Origin: Candidatus Micrarchaeota archaeon
GTDB lineage: Archaea; Micrarchaeota; Micrarchaeia; Burarchaeales; JBFMAP01
Length of the DNA: 61,713 bases
Direction: 5' to 3'
NCBI GenBank assembly: GCA_964632135.1
Contig: CAZWEI010000002.1
Coordinates: 1 to 61,713 of the forward strand
Shown: piece by piece, positions 51,693 to 61,444 of the stretch
Layout of the letters: every line of letters begins with the position of its first letter
Position numbering within the stretch: the stretch's first letter is position 1
Notes under the pieces: generated by a model
What the model was told of the DNA's origin: nothing
The model's input: the letters and a program-made list of their open reading frames with translations, nothing else
Databases searched by the model: none
Translations under genes and position numbers: made by a program

Positions 51693-52013
51693 ATGGGGCT
51701 TCTCGACGCGATAAAGAACTTCTTCGGCAAGGGGAAAAAGGGAGAGGAGATGCTGTGCGTGAAGTGCAAGGTCCCCATTCCACCAGAGCGCACCACGTGC
51801 CCGAAATGCGGGCGAAAAGTTTCCGAAATGTACAAGGTCACGTGCCCGAAATGCGGCACGGAGATTCCCTGGAACGCTGAGAAGTGCTTCAAGTGCGAGA
51901 CGAGTTTCAAACCAGAAACGAAAACTTACAACGTCTACATCTGCCCGCGCTGCGGGTTCGAGGCGAAATACTACATGCTCGAATGCCCAAGTTGCGGGGT
52001 AAAATTAGTATAA
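51693..52013 (+). CDS. Multi-zinc-ribbon protein
   Basis: 106 aa with four CxxC...CxxC pairs (CVKC..CPKC, CPKC..CFKC, CPRC..CPSC). A TATA-like atatatttatat lies upstream. Confidence 0.7.
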   Translation: MGLLDAIKNFFGKGKKGEEMLCVKCKVPIPPERTTCPKCGRKVSEMYKVTCPKCGTEIPWNAEKCFKCETSFKPETKTYNVYICPRCGFEAKYYMLECPSCGVKLV

Positions 52014-52026
52014 CGTAGTCGCGCGA

Positions 52027-52610
52027 TTATTTTTTCTGCGCAATTTTTTCTTCATCGTTTTGGATTATACTCCTAAACATGTCTCCAAACTTTTCCTCAA
52101 CTGTCGTTTTGAACTTCACGTTCAACCCAACATCGAAAACTACCGAGTTTGGGATTAGTTCTCTCTTCTCGCCCTCTGTAAAGGCAGGACAATTTTTAAC
52201 ACGTTCCAGGTCTGCCACTAATGGATGTATTATAACCTCTGGGTGTGCTTTTCGAATCTCTTTTATCAACTCGCCCGCTTCAGGATCCTTTGGCCCGATG
52301 TAAGTGAATAGGATGGCCGGCCCCCCCCTTCCTCCAGAAAATTGCGCGCTTGGCTAAGGGACGGTCTCCAGTTGATATCAAGGCGCCCGTCGCTTATCGT
52401 TTTACGTATTGCTCTAAGGACGTCTATATTTGGGTGAACTATTATAACCCTAGTTCTTTCGCCACCACCGACAAGTTTCTTAACTGGGGTTTCTTCTTTT
52501 GCACGATGCCGTATAGACGAGGGCAATGGCTCATCCAAAGAAGAGCCAAAACCCGAATTTATCGTATGAATTACGGAGCGGTTTACCCCGCGTTTGTAGA
52601 GACCTTCCAT
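52027..52610 (-). pseudogene. Receiver-like gene split by a frameshift at a C8/G8 homopolymer
   Basis: ORFs 52266..52610 and 52027..52269 are adjacent in different frames. Reading through the G8 run (plus strand C8 at 52321-52328) with one extra G joins them: ..NFLEEGGGPAILFTYIGPKDPEAGELIKEIRKAHPEVIIHPLV.., a continuous receiver-like beta-alpha pattern. Confidence 0.55.
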
Positions 52611-52632
52611 GAAATAATTACGCGGTTTAAAT

Positions 52633-53679
52633 TTAAATAACTAATGTCGTCGTCTCGACTCGCGCGCCGTTATAATCAACTTCCGCCACAAACGCCCCGA
52701 ATCCTTCTTTTTTCAGCTCGCGCACAACCTCGCCAACCTTCCACGCGTCGACAATCGCAATGACCGCCCCCCCTTCCCCGCCGGCACCCGATAATTTCGA
52801 GCCATACGCACCATTTTTCAAACAAACTTTTCTCGCCTTCTCGATTCCCCTGCTGCTCATTCCCGCGCGCGCCAGCATCTCGTGGTTCTCGTTCAGCAGT
52901 CCCCCCAGCGCGCGTGCATCACCCCCAGCGCGCAGCTCGCTCGCAACCCGCCCAAACAATTTCTCGTACGCGCGCGTTATTCGCTTTCTTTCCGTTTTTC
53001 CAATCTCCTCTGGTTTGCCCCTCGCGCCACAAATCCGCGCGAACTTTTTCACCATCGCGCTCGTCGCGCTCTTTCTTCCACCAAAACAAGTATCAACGAC
53101 AACCACGCGCGCATTCCTCGGGAATGCGACTCGCGCATCCTTGAATTCAAACGAAACCTTTCTTTGGTTGAATTTTTTCCTGAAGAATTGGAACCCGCCC
53201 CTTATCACGGCGCGCGCGTCTATCCCGCTCGGAATCCCGCCGTGCATTATCCTCTCGGACGCCTGAACCGCCTCAAAAATCTCATCAAAGCTCGGCTGCT
53301 TCCTTCCAAAATACGAATAAAGCGCGAGCGCGAGCGCGGCGCCGAGCGATGCGGAATTTCCCATTCCCTTGGGCGCGTTCGAAAGAGCAAGATTCGCGCG
53401 CAAACCAGCGCGCGGTCTGAATTTGTTTTTCCTCAATATATGCAGAAACAACTCCCCGAAACCGCGCAGAACTTTCGCGCCAGAAAACTTTCCATCCGCG
53501 TTCATCATCGCGCAGCCGATTTTGCTTCTCATCTCCAGGCGCGGTTCTCCAGTAGTTTCTATTAGTTCCGCGCGGCTCCTGAGCGCCGTTGCGAACGCTA
53601 CTGCGCGCGCGCCGTAAACCACGTAATGCTCCCCGCAGAGTATCAGTTTCGTGGGCGCGGACGCGGCACTTTTTTTCAT
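52633..53679 (-). CDS. mvk: Mevalonate kinase
   Basis: ATG 53679. KLILCGEHYVVYG, PKGMGNSASLGAALALAL (GHMP motif II) and KLSGAGGEGGAVIA (motif III). Confidence 0.9.
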   Translation of the reverse strand: MKKSAASAPTKLILCGEHYVVYGARAVAFATALRSRAELIETTGEPRLEMRSKIGCAMMNADGKFSGAKVLRGFGELFLHILRKNKFRPRAGLRANLALSNAPKGMGNSASLGAALALALYSYFGRKQPSFDEIFEAVQASERIMHGGIPSGIDARAVIRGGFQFFRKKFNQRKVSFEFKDARVAFPRNARVVVVDTCFGGRKSATSAMVKKFARICGARGKPEEIGKTERKRITRAYEKLFGRVASELRAGGDARALGGLLNENHEMLARAGMSSRGIEKARKVCLKNGAYGSKLSGAGGEGGAVIAIVDAWKVGEVVRELKKEGFGAFVAEVDYNGARVETTTLVI

Positions 53680-53737
53680 ATACGGCAGATATCGCGCGCA
53701 ACCTTTTAAAGCCCTGCGCCGATAGTTAATCGATGTC

Positions 53738-54304
53738 ATGAAGATAGTGCTCGCGCTCACAGGCGCCTCTGGAGCGGTTTACGGAATAAGGTTAGCAGAG
53801 ACGCTTCACAGCGCAAAACACGAACTCCACATAATCGTCACGCGCACCGCCAAAAAAATAATAAAGCACGAGCTCGGGGAGGTTGAGGGGGTTCTGAAAA
53901 AACTCTCGCGTTTTGGAAAATTATACGAAGAAGACGAGATGGAGGCGCCGTTCGCATCAGGCTCGTTCCGCGCGGATGCAGTGGCAATCTGCCCGTGCTC
54001 CACAAAGACGCTCGCCGCGGTTGCGTGCGGATTCTCGCACAATTTGGTTTGCCGCGCGGCGGACGTCGCGCTCAAGGAAAACAAAAAACTAATTCTCGTG
54101 ATTCGCGAGACCCCGCTGAGCGCGATACACCTTGAAAATATGCTGAAATTATCGCGCCTTGGCGTCGTAATTCTTCCGGCGAGCCCCGCCTTCTACCCAT
54201 CGCCAAAAAAAATCGACGAGATTGTTGATTTCATTGTTGGAAAGATTTTGGACTCGCTCGGCGTCGAGAACAGACTTTACAGGAGGTGGAAGGATGTTCC
54301 GTGA
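53738..54304 (+). CDS. ubiX: Flavin prenyltransferase UbiX
   Basis: MKIVLALTGASGAVYGIRL, ICPCSTKTLAAVA and LILVIRETPLS. Confidence 0.9.
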   Translation: MKIVLALTGASGAVYGIRLAETLHSAKHELHIIVTRTAKKIIKHELGEVEGVLKKLSRFGKLYEEDEMEAPFASGSFRADAVAICPCSTKTLAAVACGFSHNLVCRAADVALKENKKLILVIRETPLSAIHLENMLKLSRLGVVILPASPAFYPSPKKIDEIVDFIVGKILDSLGVENRLYRRWKDVP

Positions 54305-55649
54305 TTTCATAAATAAACTGGAAAAAAACAAACAACTCGTCAGGATAAAAAAACCCGTCTCCACGCGCCTTGAGGCTTCCGGCATTTTGAAAGTGCTCGA
54401 CGGCACGCCTGTTCTTTTTGAAAACGTGAAGGACTACAAATACTCCGTCATCGGCAATCTCTTCTCGTCCCGCGCGCTCATCGCACAATACCTGAAAACT
54501 ACTCCCGAGAAACTGATTTTCAGGATGGCGCGCGCAATCGACAAACCGACAAAGCCGACGCTCGTTAAAAATGCGCCCTGCCACGAGGTTGTGGAGAGCG
54601 GCGTTGACCTCACGAAAATTCCAATCCTATCCCACTGCGCGCATGACGGCGGCCCTTACATTTCTTCGGGCGTGGTGGTCGCGCACGATTCCGAACACGG
54701 AAGAAACTGCAGTTTCCACAGGCTGATGCTCATCGGAAAAAACAAATTCACGCTTCGAATTCTGCCGCGCCACCTCGACGCGTTCATAAAACGAAACGGC
54801 GGCGAGCTCGACGTCGCTGTCGCAATCGGGAATCCGGTCAATTTCCTCCTCGCTGCCGCGACGTCTATCGAACTGGGCGCGGACGAGATGTGGATAGCGA
54901 ATTCGCTCGAGCGAATCCAGACCGCGCGCTGCAAAACCGTCGATGTTGAAGTGCCTGCGCACAGCGAGTTCGTGCTCGAGGGAAGAATTACGAAAGAAAC
55001 CGCGCCAGAGGGAAAATTCGTCGACCTCACGGAAACGTATGATATTGTGCGCGAGCAATCTGTCCTCGAGGTGAAGAAAATCACCCGCCGTAGGGACGCA
55101 ATTTACCAGGCGCTCCTTCCGGGCGCGATGGAGCACAAACTCCTGATGGGGATGCCGCGCGAGCCAACGATATTCCGCGAGGTAAGCAAGGTTTGCAAGT
55201 GCGAGAACGTCGTGCTCACGCTCGGGGGCTGCAGCTGGCTCCACGCCGTAGTGCGGATTGACAAGAAAAAAGAGGAGGACGGAAAGAACGCAATCGAGGC
55301 GGCGTTCCGCGGGCACCACTCCCTCAAGCACGTTGTGGTAGTGGACAAGGATATTGACATAAACAAGATGTCGAACGTGGAGTGGGCGATTGCGACACGC
55401 TTCCAGGCGAAAACAGGACTCGTCGTGAAGTTGAATGAGAAGGGCTCCTCGCTCGACCCGTCTGCGGACCCTCTCACGCGCGAGACGTCAAAAATGGGGA
55501 TTGACGCGACCGCGCCGCTCCAAGCATTCGCGACAAAGTCGCGAAATTTTGGAAGCGAAGCTTCCAAATATAAGGGAAAAGACTTCAAGAAGGCGGAATT
55601 TCCAAATGTGAAGCCCGGAAAATACGGAGTTGGAAAGGTATGCGCCTAG
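54294..55649 (+). CDS. UbiD-family decarboxylase, by context anhydromevalonate-phosphate decarboxylase
   Basis: ATG 54294 overlaps the ubiX stop. UbiD-like blocks are present (FRDFINKLEKNKQLVRIKKPVS, GGPYISSGVVVA.D, RLM). It sits between ubiX and the aconitase-X genes. Confidence 0.8.
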   Translation: MFRDFINKLEKNKQLVRIKKPVSTRLEASGILKVLDGTPVLFENVKDYKYSVIGNLFSSRALIAQYLKTTPEKLIFRMARAIDKPTKPTLVKNAPCHEVVESGVDLTKIPILSHCAHDGGPYISSGVVVAHDSEHGRNCSFHRLMLIGKNKFTLRILPRHLDAFIKRNGGELDVAVAIGNPVNFLLAAATSIELGADEMWIANSLERIQTARCKTVDVEVPAHSEFVLEGRITKETAPEGKFVDLTETYDIVREQSVLEVKKITRRRDAIYQALLPGAMEHKLLMGMPREPTIFREVSKVCKCENVVLTLGGCSWLHAVVRIDKKKEEDGKNAIEAAFRGHHSLKHVVVVDKDIDINKMSNVEWAIATRFQAKTGLVVKLNEKGSSLDPSADPLTRETSKMGIDATAPLQAFATKSRNFGSEASKYKGKDFKKAEFPNVKPGKYGVGKVCA

Positions 55650-56818
55650 AGAAAAAAGACGAAGACGCGCTTGCGGGAAAACTGGGCCGCGCTTACCAAA
55701 AATCAATGGAAATCCTTCTCGCGCTCGGCGACATTTACGGCGCGGACAAATTAATTCCCGTTGCTTCTGTTCAGGTTGCAGGCGTTTCGTATCACAACTT
55801 GGGCGACGCCGGTTTGGAATTTCTCGAGGAGATGGCGCGCGATGGGAAAGTCGTTGTTCAGACCACTCTAAATCCAGCGGGGATGGATTTGCGCGACTGG
55901 AAGAAACTGGGAATAAGCGACGAGTTTGCAAACAAGCAACTGCGCATAATCCACGCGTACGCGAAAATGGGAATACAAACGACGTGCACGTGCACCCCCT
56001 ATCTCATCGGAAACAAACCGAAATTCGGGAAGCACATCGCGTGGAGCGAGTCCTCTGCAGTATGCTACGCGAACTCAGTTTTAGGCGCGCGCACGAACCG
56101 CGAAGGAGGCCCCTCCGCGCTCGCGGCCGCGCTCATCGGAAAAACCCCTAATTACGGATTACATTTGGAAAAAAACAGACAAGCGCAAGTCCTCGTGGAA
56201 GTTCAAACCCCGCTCGAAAATGTTCCTGATTTCGGCGCGCTTGGGTATTCGATTGGAAAGAAAATAAAGAACAAAATCCCGCTTATCCGCGGCGTGAAAA
56301 AGGCCAGCCTCGAGCAACTAAAAAGTCTGTGCGCTTCCATCGCGACTTTTGGGGGGACAGCACTCTTCCACATAGAAAAAATCACTCCAAACAAAACAGC
56401 AATTCCAAAAGAAAAAATCGAAATCACGAAGCGCGACATTGAGGACGCGTACGCCGCGCTGAATGATAACGAGAAGCCGGATTTCGTGAGCACAGGCTGC
56501 CCGCACTGCTCGCTCGGCGAGATAAAGCGCATCGCCGATTTGCTGCGCGGGAAAAAAATTCGCAAGGAATTCTGGATTTGCGTGGCGCGCGCAATAAAGG
56601 AAAAGGCAGACGCGCTCGGCTACTCAAAACCCATCGAGGCCTCGGGCGCGAAGTTCGCGTGCGACACGTGCATGGCGGTCGCGCCACTGAAGGGAAGATT
56701 CAGATGCATGGCAATCGATTCGGCTAAGGGCTGCTACTACGCGCGCGGGAACAATAATTTCAAGACGAATTTCAAAACGCTCGAGGAGTGCGTGCGCGAG
56801 GCGCTGGACGAGGGATAG
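55640..56818 (+). CDS. Aconitase-X catalytic subunit (DUF521), by context phosphomevalonate dehydratase large subunit
   Basis: IPVASVQVAGVSYHNLGDAGLEFLEEMA, AWSESSAVCYANSVLGARTNREGGPSALAAALIG and GCPHCS. The start overlaps the upstream stop. Confidence 0.85.
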   Translation: MRLEKKDEDALAGKLGRAYQKSMEILLALGDIYGADKLIPVASVQVAGVSYHNLGDAGLEFLEEMARDGKVVVQTTLNPAGMDLRDWKKLGISDEFANKQLRIIHAYAKMGIQTTCTCTPYLIGNKPKFGKHIAWSESSAVCYANSVLGARTNREGGPSALAAALIGKTPNYGLHLEKNRQAQVLVEVQTPLENVPDFGALGYSIGKKIKNKIPLIRGVKKASLEQLKSLCASIATFGGTALFHIEKITPNKTAIPKEKIEITKRDIEDAYAALNDNEKPDFVSTGCPHCSLGEIKRIADLLRGKKIRKEFWICVARAIKEKADALGYSKPIEASGAKFACDTCMAVAPLKGRFRCMAIDSAKGCYYARGNNNFKTNFKTLEECVREALDEG

Positions 56819-56819
56819 C

Positions 56820-57221
56820 ATGTTATTGAAGGGTAGGAGCATTTCGAAAGGGATTGCGGAAGGAGAGGTTCTCCTCACGCGCGCGCAGATTTCATTCTTC
56901 GGCGGTGTGGACCCGAACACGGGGGTCGTGATAGAAAAGGGGCACGGGCTCGAGGGACAATCAATTGCCGGAAAAGTGCTGGTTTTTCCAAGCGGGAAGG
57001 GCTCGACTGTCGGTTCTTACACTCTTTACCGCCTAAAAAAGAACGGCGTCGCGCCTGCCGCGATAATAAATGTTGAGTGCGAGCCGATCGTCGCGGTTGG
57101 CGCGATAATCTCGGATATTCCCGCGATAGACAAATTAAATAAGGACGTTTTTGCAATATTGAAAAACGGGATGCGCGTGAAGGTTGACGGGACGCGCGGC
57201 ACCCTAGAGGTGCGGGGTTGA
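56820..57221 (+). CDS. Aconitase-X swivel subunit (DUF126), phosphomevalonate dehydratase small subunit
   Basis: GRSISKGIAEGEVLL...ISFFGGVDP.TG...L.GQSIAGKVLVFPSGKGSTVGSY.LY.L...G.AP.AII. Confidence 0.85.
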   Translation: MLLKGRSISKGIAEGEVLLTRAQISFFGGVDPNTGVVIEKGHGLEGQSIAGKVLVFPSGKGSTVGSYTLYRLKKNGVAPAAIINVECEPIVAVGAIISDIPAIDKLNKDVFAILKNGMRVKVDGTRGTLEVRG

Positions 57222-57225
57222 TTTT

Positions 57226-58008
57226 ATGGAGATCATACTTGTTAAACTCGGCGGAAGCCTGATCACGAACAAATTCATTCCATTCACGGCGAACGAGCAC
57301 GTAATAGACAGATTATCGCATGAGATTCACGAGGCGCGGAAGAAGAAAAAAATCAAACTCGTCCTCGGGCACGGGGGCGGCTCGTTCCCGCACACACCGG
57401 CGCACAAATACCAAGTGCACAAGGGGTTCAAAAATGAGAGGAGCGCGCGCGGGTTCGCGGAGACGCAGGAGGCGGCCTCGCTTCTTAACCGCATCGTCGT
57501 CAAATCTCTTCTTGATGAGGGGGAGAGCGCGGTCTCGCTCCAGCCTTCCGCGGCCGCGGTCGCGGTGGACGGGCGCATAATCGAATGGGACACAAAGCCA
57601 ATCGAACTCATGCTGAAAATGAACGTTCTCCCGGTAGTTTACGGTGATGTTGCAGTCGACACGAAGAAGGGCTGCTCAATCATCTCGACAGAGGAAATCC
57701 TGTGCCATCTCGCGCGCAAACTCAGGGCAGAGCGCGTGATTGTTGTTGGAAAGACAGATGGCGTCTACACCGACAACCCGCTCCGCCCGCTCAAAAAAAT
57801 AACGCCAAAAAATTACGCGAAAATAAAAAAATACCTCGGCGGCTCCGACGCGACGGATGTCACGGGAGGGATGAGGCACAAAGTTGAGAGGCTCCTGGAG
57901 CTTGCGCGCGACGGAATCCCGAGCGAGGTCATAAGCGGGATGAAAAAGGAAAACCTCCTGAACGCGCTCCTGAACCGCCCGCGCGGCGGCACGAAAATAA
58001 CCAAGTGA
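57226..58008 (+). CDS. ipk: Isopentenyl phosphate kinase
   Basis: ILVKLGGSLITNK, LVLGHGGGSFPH, VVYGDV and TDVTGGM (amino-acid-kinase fold, IPK signature). Confidence 0.9.
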   Translation: MEIILVKLGGSLITNKFIPFTANEHVIDRLSHEIHEARKKKKIKLVLGHGGGSFPHTPAHKYQVHKGFKNERSARGFAETQEAASLLNRIVVKSLLDEGESAVSLQPSAAAVAVDGRIIEWDTKPIELMLKMNVLPVVYGDVAVDTKKGCSIISTEEILCHLARKLRAERVIVVGKTDGVYTDNPLRPLKKITPKNYAKIKKYLGGSDATDVTGGMRHKVERLLELARDGIPSEVISGMKKENLLNALLNRPRGGTKITK

Positions 58009-58020
58009 GGTTTTTGGGAG

Positions 58021-58968
58021 ATGGACATCCTCTCGCAATTCACAATCCTTTTCATTTTCCTATTCGTCCTCGCGCGCTCCTCGCAGTTCGTCGTTTCCTC
58101 GGCGGTAAAGCTCTCACGCTTCTTCAGAATCGGCGAGATGACGATCGGCTTCATCCTGCTCTCGATTTCCACCACTCTTCCAGAACTTTCAGTTTCAATA
58201 ATCTCCTCCTCGGCAAACGAGAGCGCGCTCGCGGTCGGAAACGCGATAGGCTCGAACATAGCGGACATATGCATGGTGCTCGGCATCTCCGCGTTCATAG
58301 GCACGATATACGTGAGGGGAAAGGAGATGCTCAAAATATCCCAAATCATCGTCGCGACCTCCCTGATAGTCATAGTCCTCATGATGACGACGAAACTCGA
58401 CCGCCTCGACGGGCTCATCCTGCTCGTGGTTTTCGTTCTCTACATCTACTTCCTCTGGAAGGAAAAAATCGCGATTGAGGAGCGCGGTGAGGTCAGCAGA
58501 AAGGAAGCGCTGAACTCATTTTTATTTTTCGGGATTGGGATAGCGGGCGTGATAATAAGTTCAGGCTTCGTCGTCGATTCAGCGATTAAAATTTCAGACG
58601 CGCTCAACCTCACGCGCTCGTTCATAGGCGCGACACTCGTTGCGATGGGCACCTCCCTTCCAGAACTCGCGATAAGCGCGACAGCTGTCGCGCGCAAACA
58701 CTTCTCGCTCGCAATTGGTGATGCGGTTGGCGCGTGCATGATAAATCTCACTCTCGTGCTCGGTGTTGCCGCGCTCATCAACCCCCCGAACATAAACATG
58801 AGCATGTTCAACGTGCTCGCTGGCTTCCTGCTCATCACGAACATGGTGTTCTGGTACATCCTCCAGACGAAGAAAAGGCTCACGCGCGAGCACGGCGCGC
58901 TCCTCCTGCTCGTTTACGCGTGCTTCCTGGGCGCGATGCTCTGGGTGCAGGGGGCGATACGCGCGTGA
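58021..58968 (+). CDS. Na+/Ca2+ exchanger (CaCA/YrbG) family membrane protein
   Basis: The two alpha-repeats are GFILLSISTTLPELSVSI..GNAIGSNIADI and GATLVAMGTSLPELAISA..GDAVGACMINL. Confidence 0.85.
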   Translation: MDILSQFTILFIFLFVLARSSQFVVSSAVKLSRFFRIGEMTIGFILLSISTTLPELSVSIISSSANESALAVGNAIGSNIADICMVLGISAFIGTIYVRGKEMLKISQIIVATSLIVIVLMMTTKLDRLDGLILLVVFVLYIYFLWKEKIAIEERGEVSRKEALNSFLFFGIGIAGVIISSGFVVDSAIKISDALNLTRSFIGATLVAMGTSLPELAISATAVARKHFSLAIGDAVGACMINLTLVLGVAALINPPNINMSMFNVLAGFLLITNMVFWYILQTKKRLTREHGALLLLVYACFLGAMLWVQGAIRA

Positions 58969-59016
58969 GAAAAAGTGTTATATAATCGATACGGCAAAAC
59001 ATCAAATGATGATTTT

Positions 59017-59196
59017 ATGAGGCTGCACGTTTTAGAAAGAGGAGTTGCATACAGGGGAAGCTCGCCGCAAGAGGAAAATCCAAACGAGTTCGAACTCCTC
59101 GGGCGCAAATTCAAAAAAGAGCCGCTAATAAACCCACCACGCCTCTCTGGCAAGCTGGAGAAAAAGCAAGCAAGGTCCGCAGGCGCGCGCAGGTAA
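59017..59196 (+). CDS. Small basic protein (hypothetical; weak call)
   Basis: ORF 58975..59196 trimmed to ATG 59017. A TATA-like gttatataatc lies ~30-40 nt upstream. No motif was recognised. Confidence 0.3.
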   Translation: MRLHVLERGVAYRGSSPQEENPNEFELLGRKFKKEPLINPPRLSGKLEKKQARSAGARR

Positions 59197-59216
59197 ACCT
59201 ATATATATTTGCTCCG

Positions 59217-59257
59217 GCATATAGTAATACTCGTTCTGGAAGACCGTTGGTGACTCC
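59217..59257 (+). promoter_or_regulatory. Shared promoter/5'UTR module (variant)
   Basis: gcatatagtaatactcgttctggaagaccgttggtgactcc precedes ATG 59258. Confidence 0.35.
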
Positions 59258-59989
59258 ATGGGTTGGCAGTACTCATCGCCCCATTCTAGTAGCGGCTCGT
59301 GTTCCCTAAAAAAAACCGAGAAGATAAAGAAATCCGCAGCCTGCCTAGCTGAAACAACATTCAAATTTACGAAACCAGACGAAAATGCCGTGGAGAGCCG
59401 CATCAACTCTTTCCGTAAGGCGAGCAATTACATAGAGCAGGTTGAGTACAACTGCACTTCTATTGCCGAGATACTCGAAAACCTGGCGCATCTCCTTTAC
59501 ACCGACTCCCTATCGCGCGTTTCAACAGAGCTCACGCAATTCAAATCGTCCACGAGTTCTCTCCGCTTTACCGATAACGAGCTTCGTGTCTATGAACAAA
59601 TCGAAAAGCAAATAGACAAGATAAATCAGACCATAGCGCCCATTCTAAAAAAATATGAGACCGGGGCGATGGGATTGGAAATCCCACTTAAGCGCGAATC
59701 CATACTCTCGAATGTTCTTGTACCCATCAATGACTCGCTGAACAATGTGCTCGCGGATATTAAGACGCTTTTCAAAGGTCCCGCGCGACAATCGAAGGGA
59801 CTTAACAGCGCCTCCACAGCGCTGCAGGCTACCATAAGCCACTTCAAAGAAAGGCCCGGTGAAGCCGATGCCGTGCTCGATGTGGTGAACGAACTGTACG
59901 CGTGTAAAAAAGTCGTGGGTAAGGCGCAAGAAAAAGAGGTAATATCCGCGTTCTACGCTGTAAGGGATGCCAGCATAGGTACAGATTGA
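59258..59989 (+). CDS. Helical protein, member 1 of a tandem triplicated family
   Basis: 243 aa. It shares the block IAEILENLAHLLYTDSLSRVSTEL and a helical C-terminal region with the next two genes. Confidence 0.6.
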   Translation: MGWQYSSPHSSSGSCSLKKTEKIKKSAACLAETTFKFTKPDENAVESRINSFRKASNYIEQVEYNCTSIAEILENLAHLLYTDSLSRVSTELTQFKSSTSSLRFTDNELRVYEQIEKQIDKINQTIAPILKKYETGAMGLEIPLKRESILSNVLVPINDSLNNVLADIKTLFKGPARQSKGLNSASTALQATISHFKERPGEADAVLDVVNELYACKKVVGKAQEKEVISAFYAVRDASIGTD

Positions 59990-60017
59990 GATTTTGGAGG
60001 TGGAACAGGTGGAACTA

Positions 60018-60686
60018 ATGATGACGTCTGGCGATACTAAAAAAAGAATCATGCTAGACCCTGGTGTTATTAAAAAATTTGGCACATTGCTCACAGAGAT
60101 ATATGAAAAGAGAGGAGAAAAACCATCACCGGATAGCCTCACGCAGGCGAAATCATTCGCGCTCGCGTTCGAGTATATACACGTTTCAATGTTAAAAACA
60201 ATGCGCGAGCCAACTATTGATAAAATAGTCAAGAATATGGCCGGTCATCTTTTTCTAGATTCGATTGCGCAGATAGATTCGCTCCAAAAAGTTCAGCTGA
60301 CCAACAGAGGAAGGATAATCTTGGAAGATATTAACGAAGGAATTGGACGCGTCCAGGCGATTAAAAATGCCCTAGAAAAACACATCTTGGAGCAAGATCT
60401 TTATTTGACCGCGGACTCTCAATTTACACACCTCATTTCAAAACTTAATGAGATAGCCCGCGAGCTTTATCACATAAATGAAAATTCAAAAATGCTTTTG
60501 AAGGACGACAGGTTTCATCCTATTCTTTCCAGTACTACAAACGCAATAAATTACCTACAAACTAACGCTGACGAGACAAAAGCCGTGCTTCACGTCATGA
60601 ATATTTTGAAAACATGGGAGCGCGCGGGCATGGAAAAAGACGTGATAAACATGCTTACCGAGATGATAAACATTACCCCGGGGTGA
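60018..60686 (+). CDS. Helical protein, member 2 of the tandem family
   Basis: ATG 60018 follows GGAGGTGG..CAGGTGGA. The shared block here is IVKNMAGHLFLDSIAQIDSL. Confidence 0.6.
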   Translation: MMTSGDTKKRIMLDPGVIKKFGTLLTEIYEKRGEKPSPDSLTQAKSFALAFEYIHVSMLKTMREPTIDKIVKNMAGHLFLDSIAQIDSLQKVQLTNRGRIILEDINEGIGRVQAIKNALEKHILEQDLYLTADSQFTHLISKLNEIARELYHINENSKMLLKDDRFHPILSSTTNAINYLQTNADETKAVLHVMNILKTWERAGMEKDVINMLTEMINITPG

Positions 60687-60690
60687 GATT

Positions 60691-61440
60691 ATGGACGTTA
60701 ATCGTTCTGCGCTTGCCAACCAAAAACGACTTTCCGAAGCAGACGCCTTAAAAGCACTAAGCAAACTCCGGGATATCCGAGGCGAATTAGAGCCGTTATA
60801 TAAAAAAGCAAAAACCACGCCCGGCTGGGGTGTTGTCGATGCTTTCCTGACCATACGCGAGCAAATAACGCCAGCGATGCGCACTTCGTTCCGCGAGAAA
60901 CTGACTTCCAAAATCATCATACACAATCTGGCTACAAACCTCTGGCTTGACGACCTTTCTTCTGTTTCAACTGCGCTTGACAATTTTATCACTTATCAAA
61001 AGCCGCCCAACCTGCTTAAGAGCCAAATAGAAGACTTAATCAAATACATTGAAAAAGTTACGGACAACGAAAAAGATGGAAGATATAATAATGAATCTCG
61101 TCTCAAAGAACTTAGGAAAATCGCGACATCGCTATACACCGCCCCTGGCAAGGAGATAAACGTGGATAGTCCCCCGTCCGGAATGTTAAACAAGATCGAC
61201 GCGCTTTACACAGAAAAATCCAAACAGCGCGATGATCTGGGGGATTCATACAAACATATTACTGACACAATAGAAAAATTCGAAAAAGAGAAAGATTTCG
61301 TGGATAGTTTGGATATCGCAATTCGAACATTGCGCGAGTGGAAAAAGTCCAGCTGGAAAGATGATGAGATAAAAACCACTCTCGAAAAAATTGTGAAAAT
61401 TACCGCCGAGCCGGTGGTACAAAAACCACCAGACATGTGA
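60691..61440 (+). CDS. Helical protein, member 3 of the tandem family
   Basis: The ATG follows GGGGTGAG. The shared block here is IIHNLATNLWLDDLSSVSTAL. Confidence 0.6.
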   Translation: MDVNRSALANQKRLSEADALKALSKLRDIRGELEPLYKKAKTTPGWGVVDAFLTIREQITPAMRTSFREKLTSKIIIHNLATNLWLDDLSSVSTALDNFITYQKPPNLLKSQIEDLIKYIEKVTDNEKDGRYNNESRLKELRKIATSLYTAPGKEINVDSPPSGMLNKIDALYTEKSKQRDDLGDSYKHITDTIEKFEKEKDFVDSLDIAIRTLREWKKSSWKDDEIKTTLEKIVKITAEPVVQKPPDM

Positions 61441-61444
61441 TGAA

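Noticed and set aside
59004-59010. C-box-like ATGATGA here, and GTGATGA at 61436-61442, as possible C/D box sRNAs.
   Set aside because: There is no CTGA D/D' box at the required ~12-nt guide spacing, and no terminal stem. The second site overlaps a stop/start junction of coding genes.
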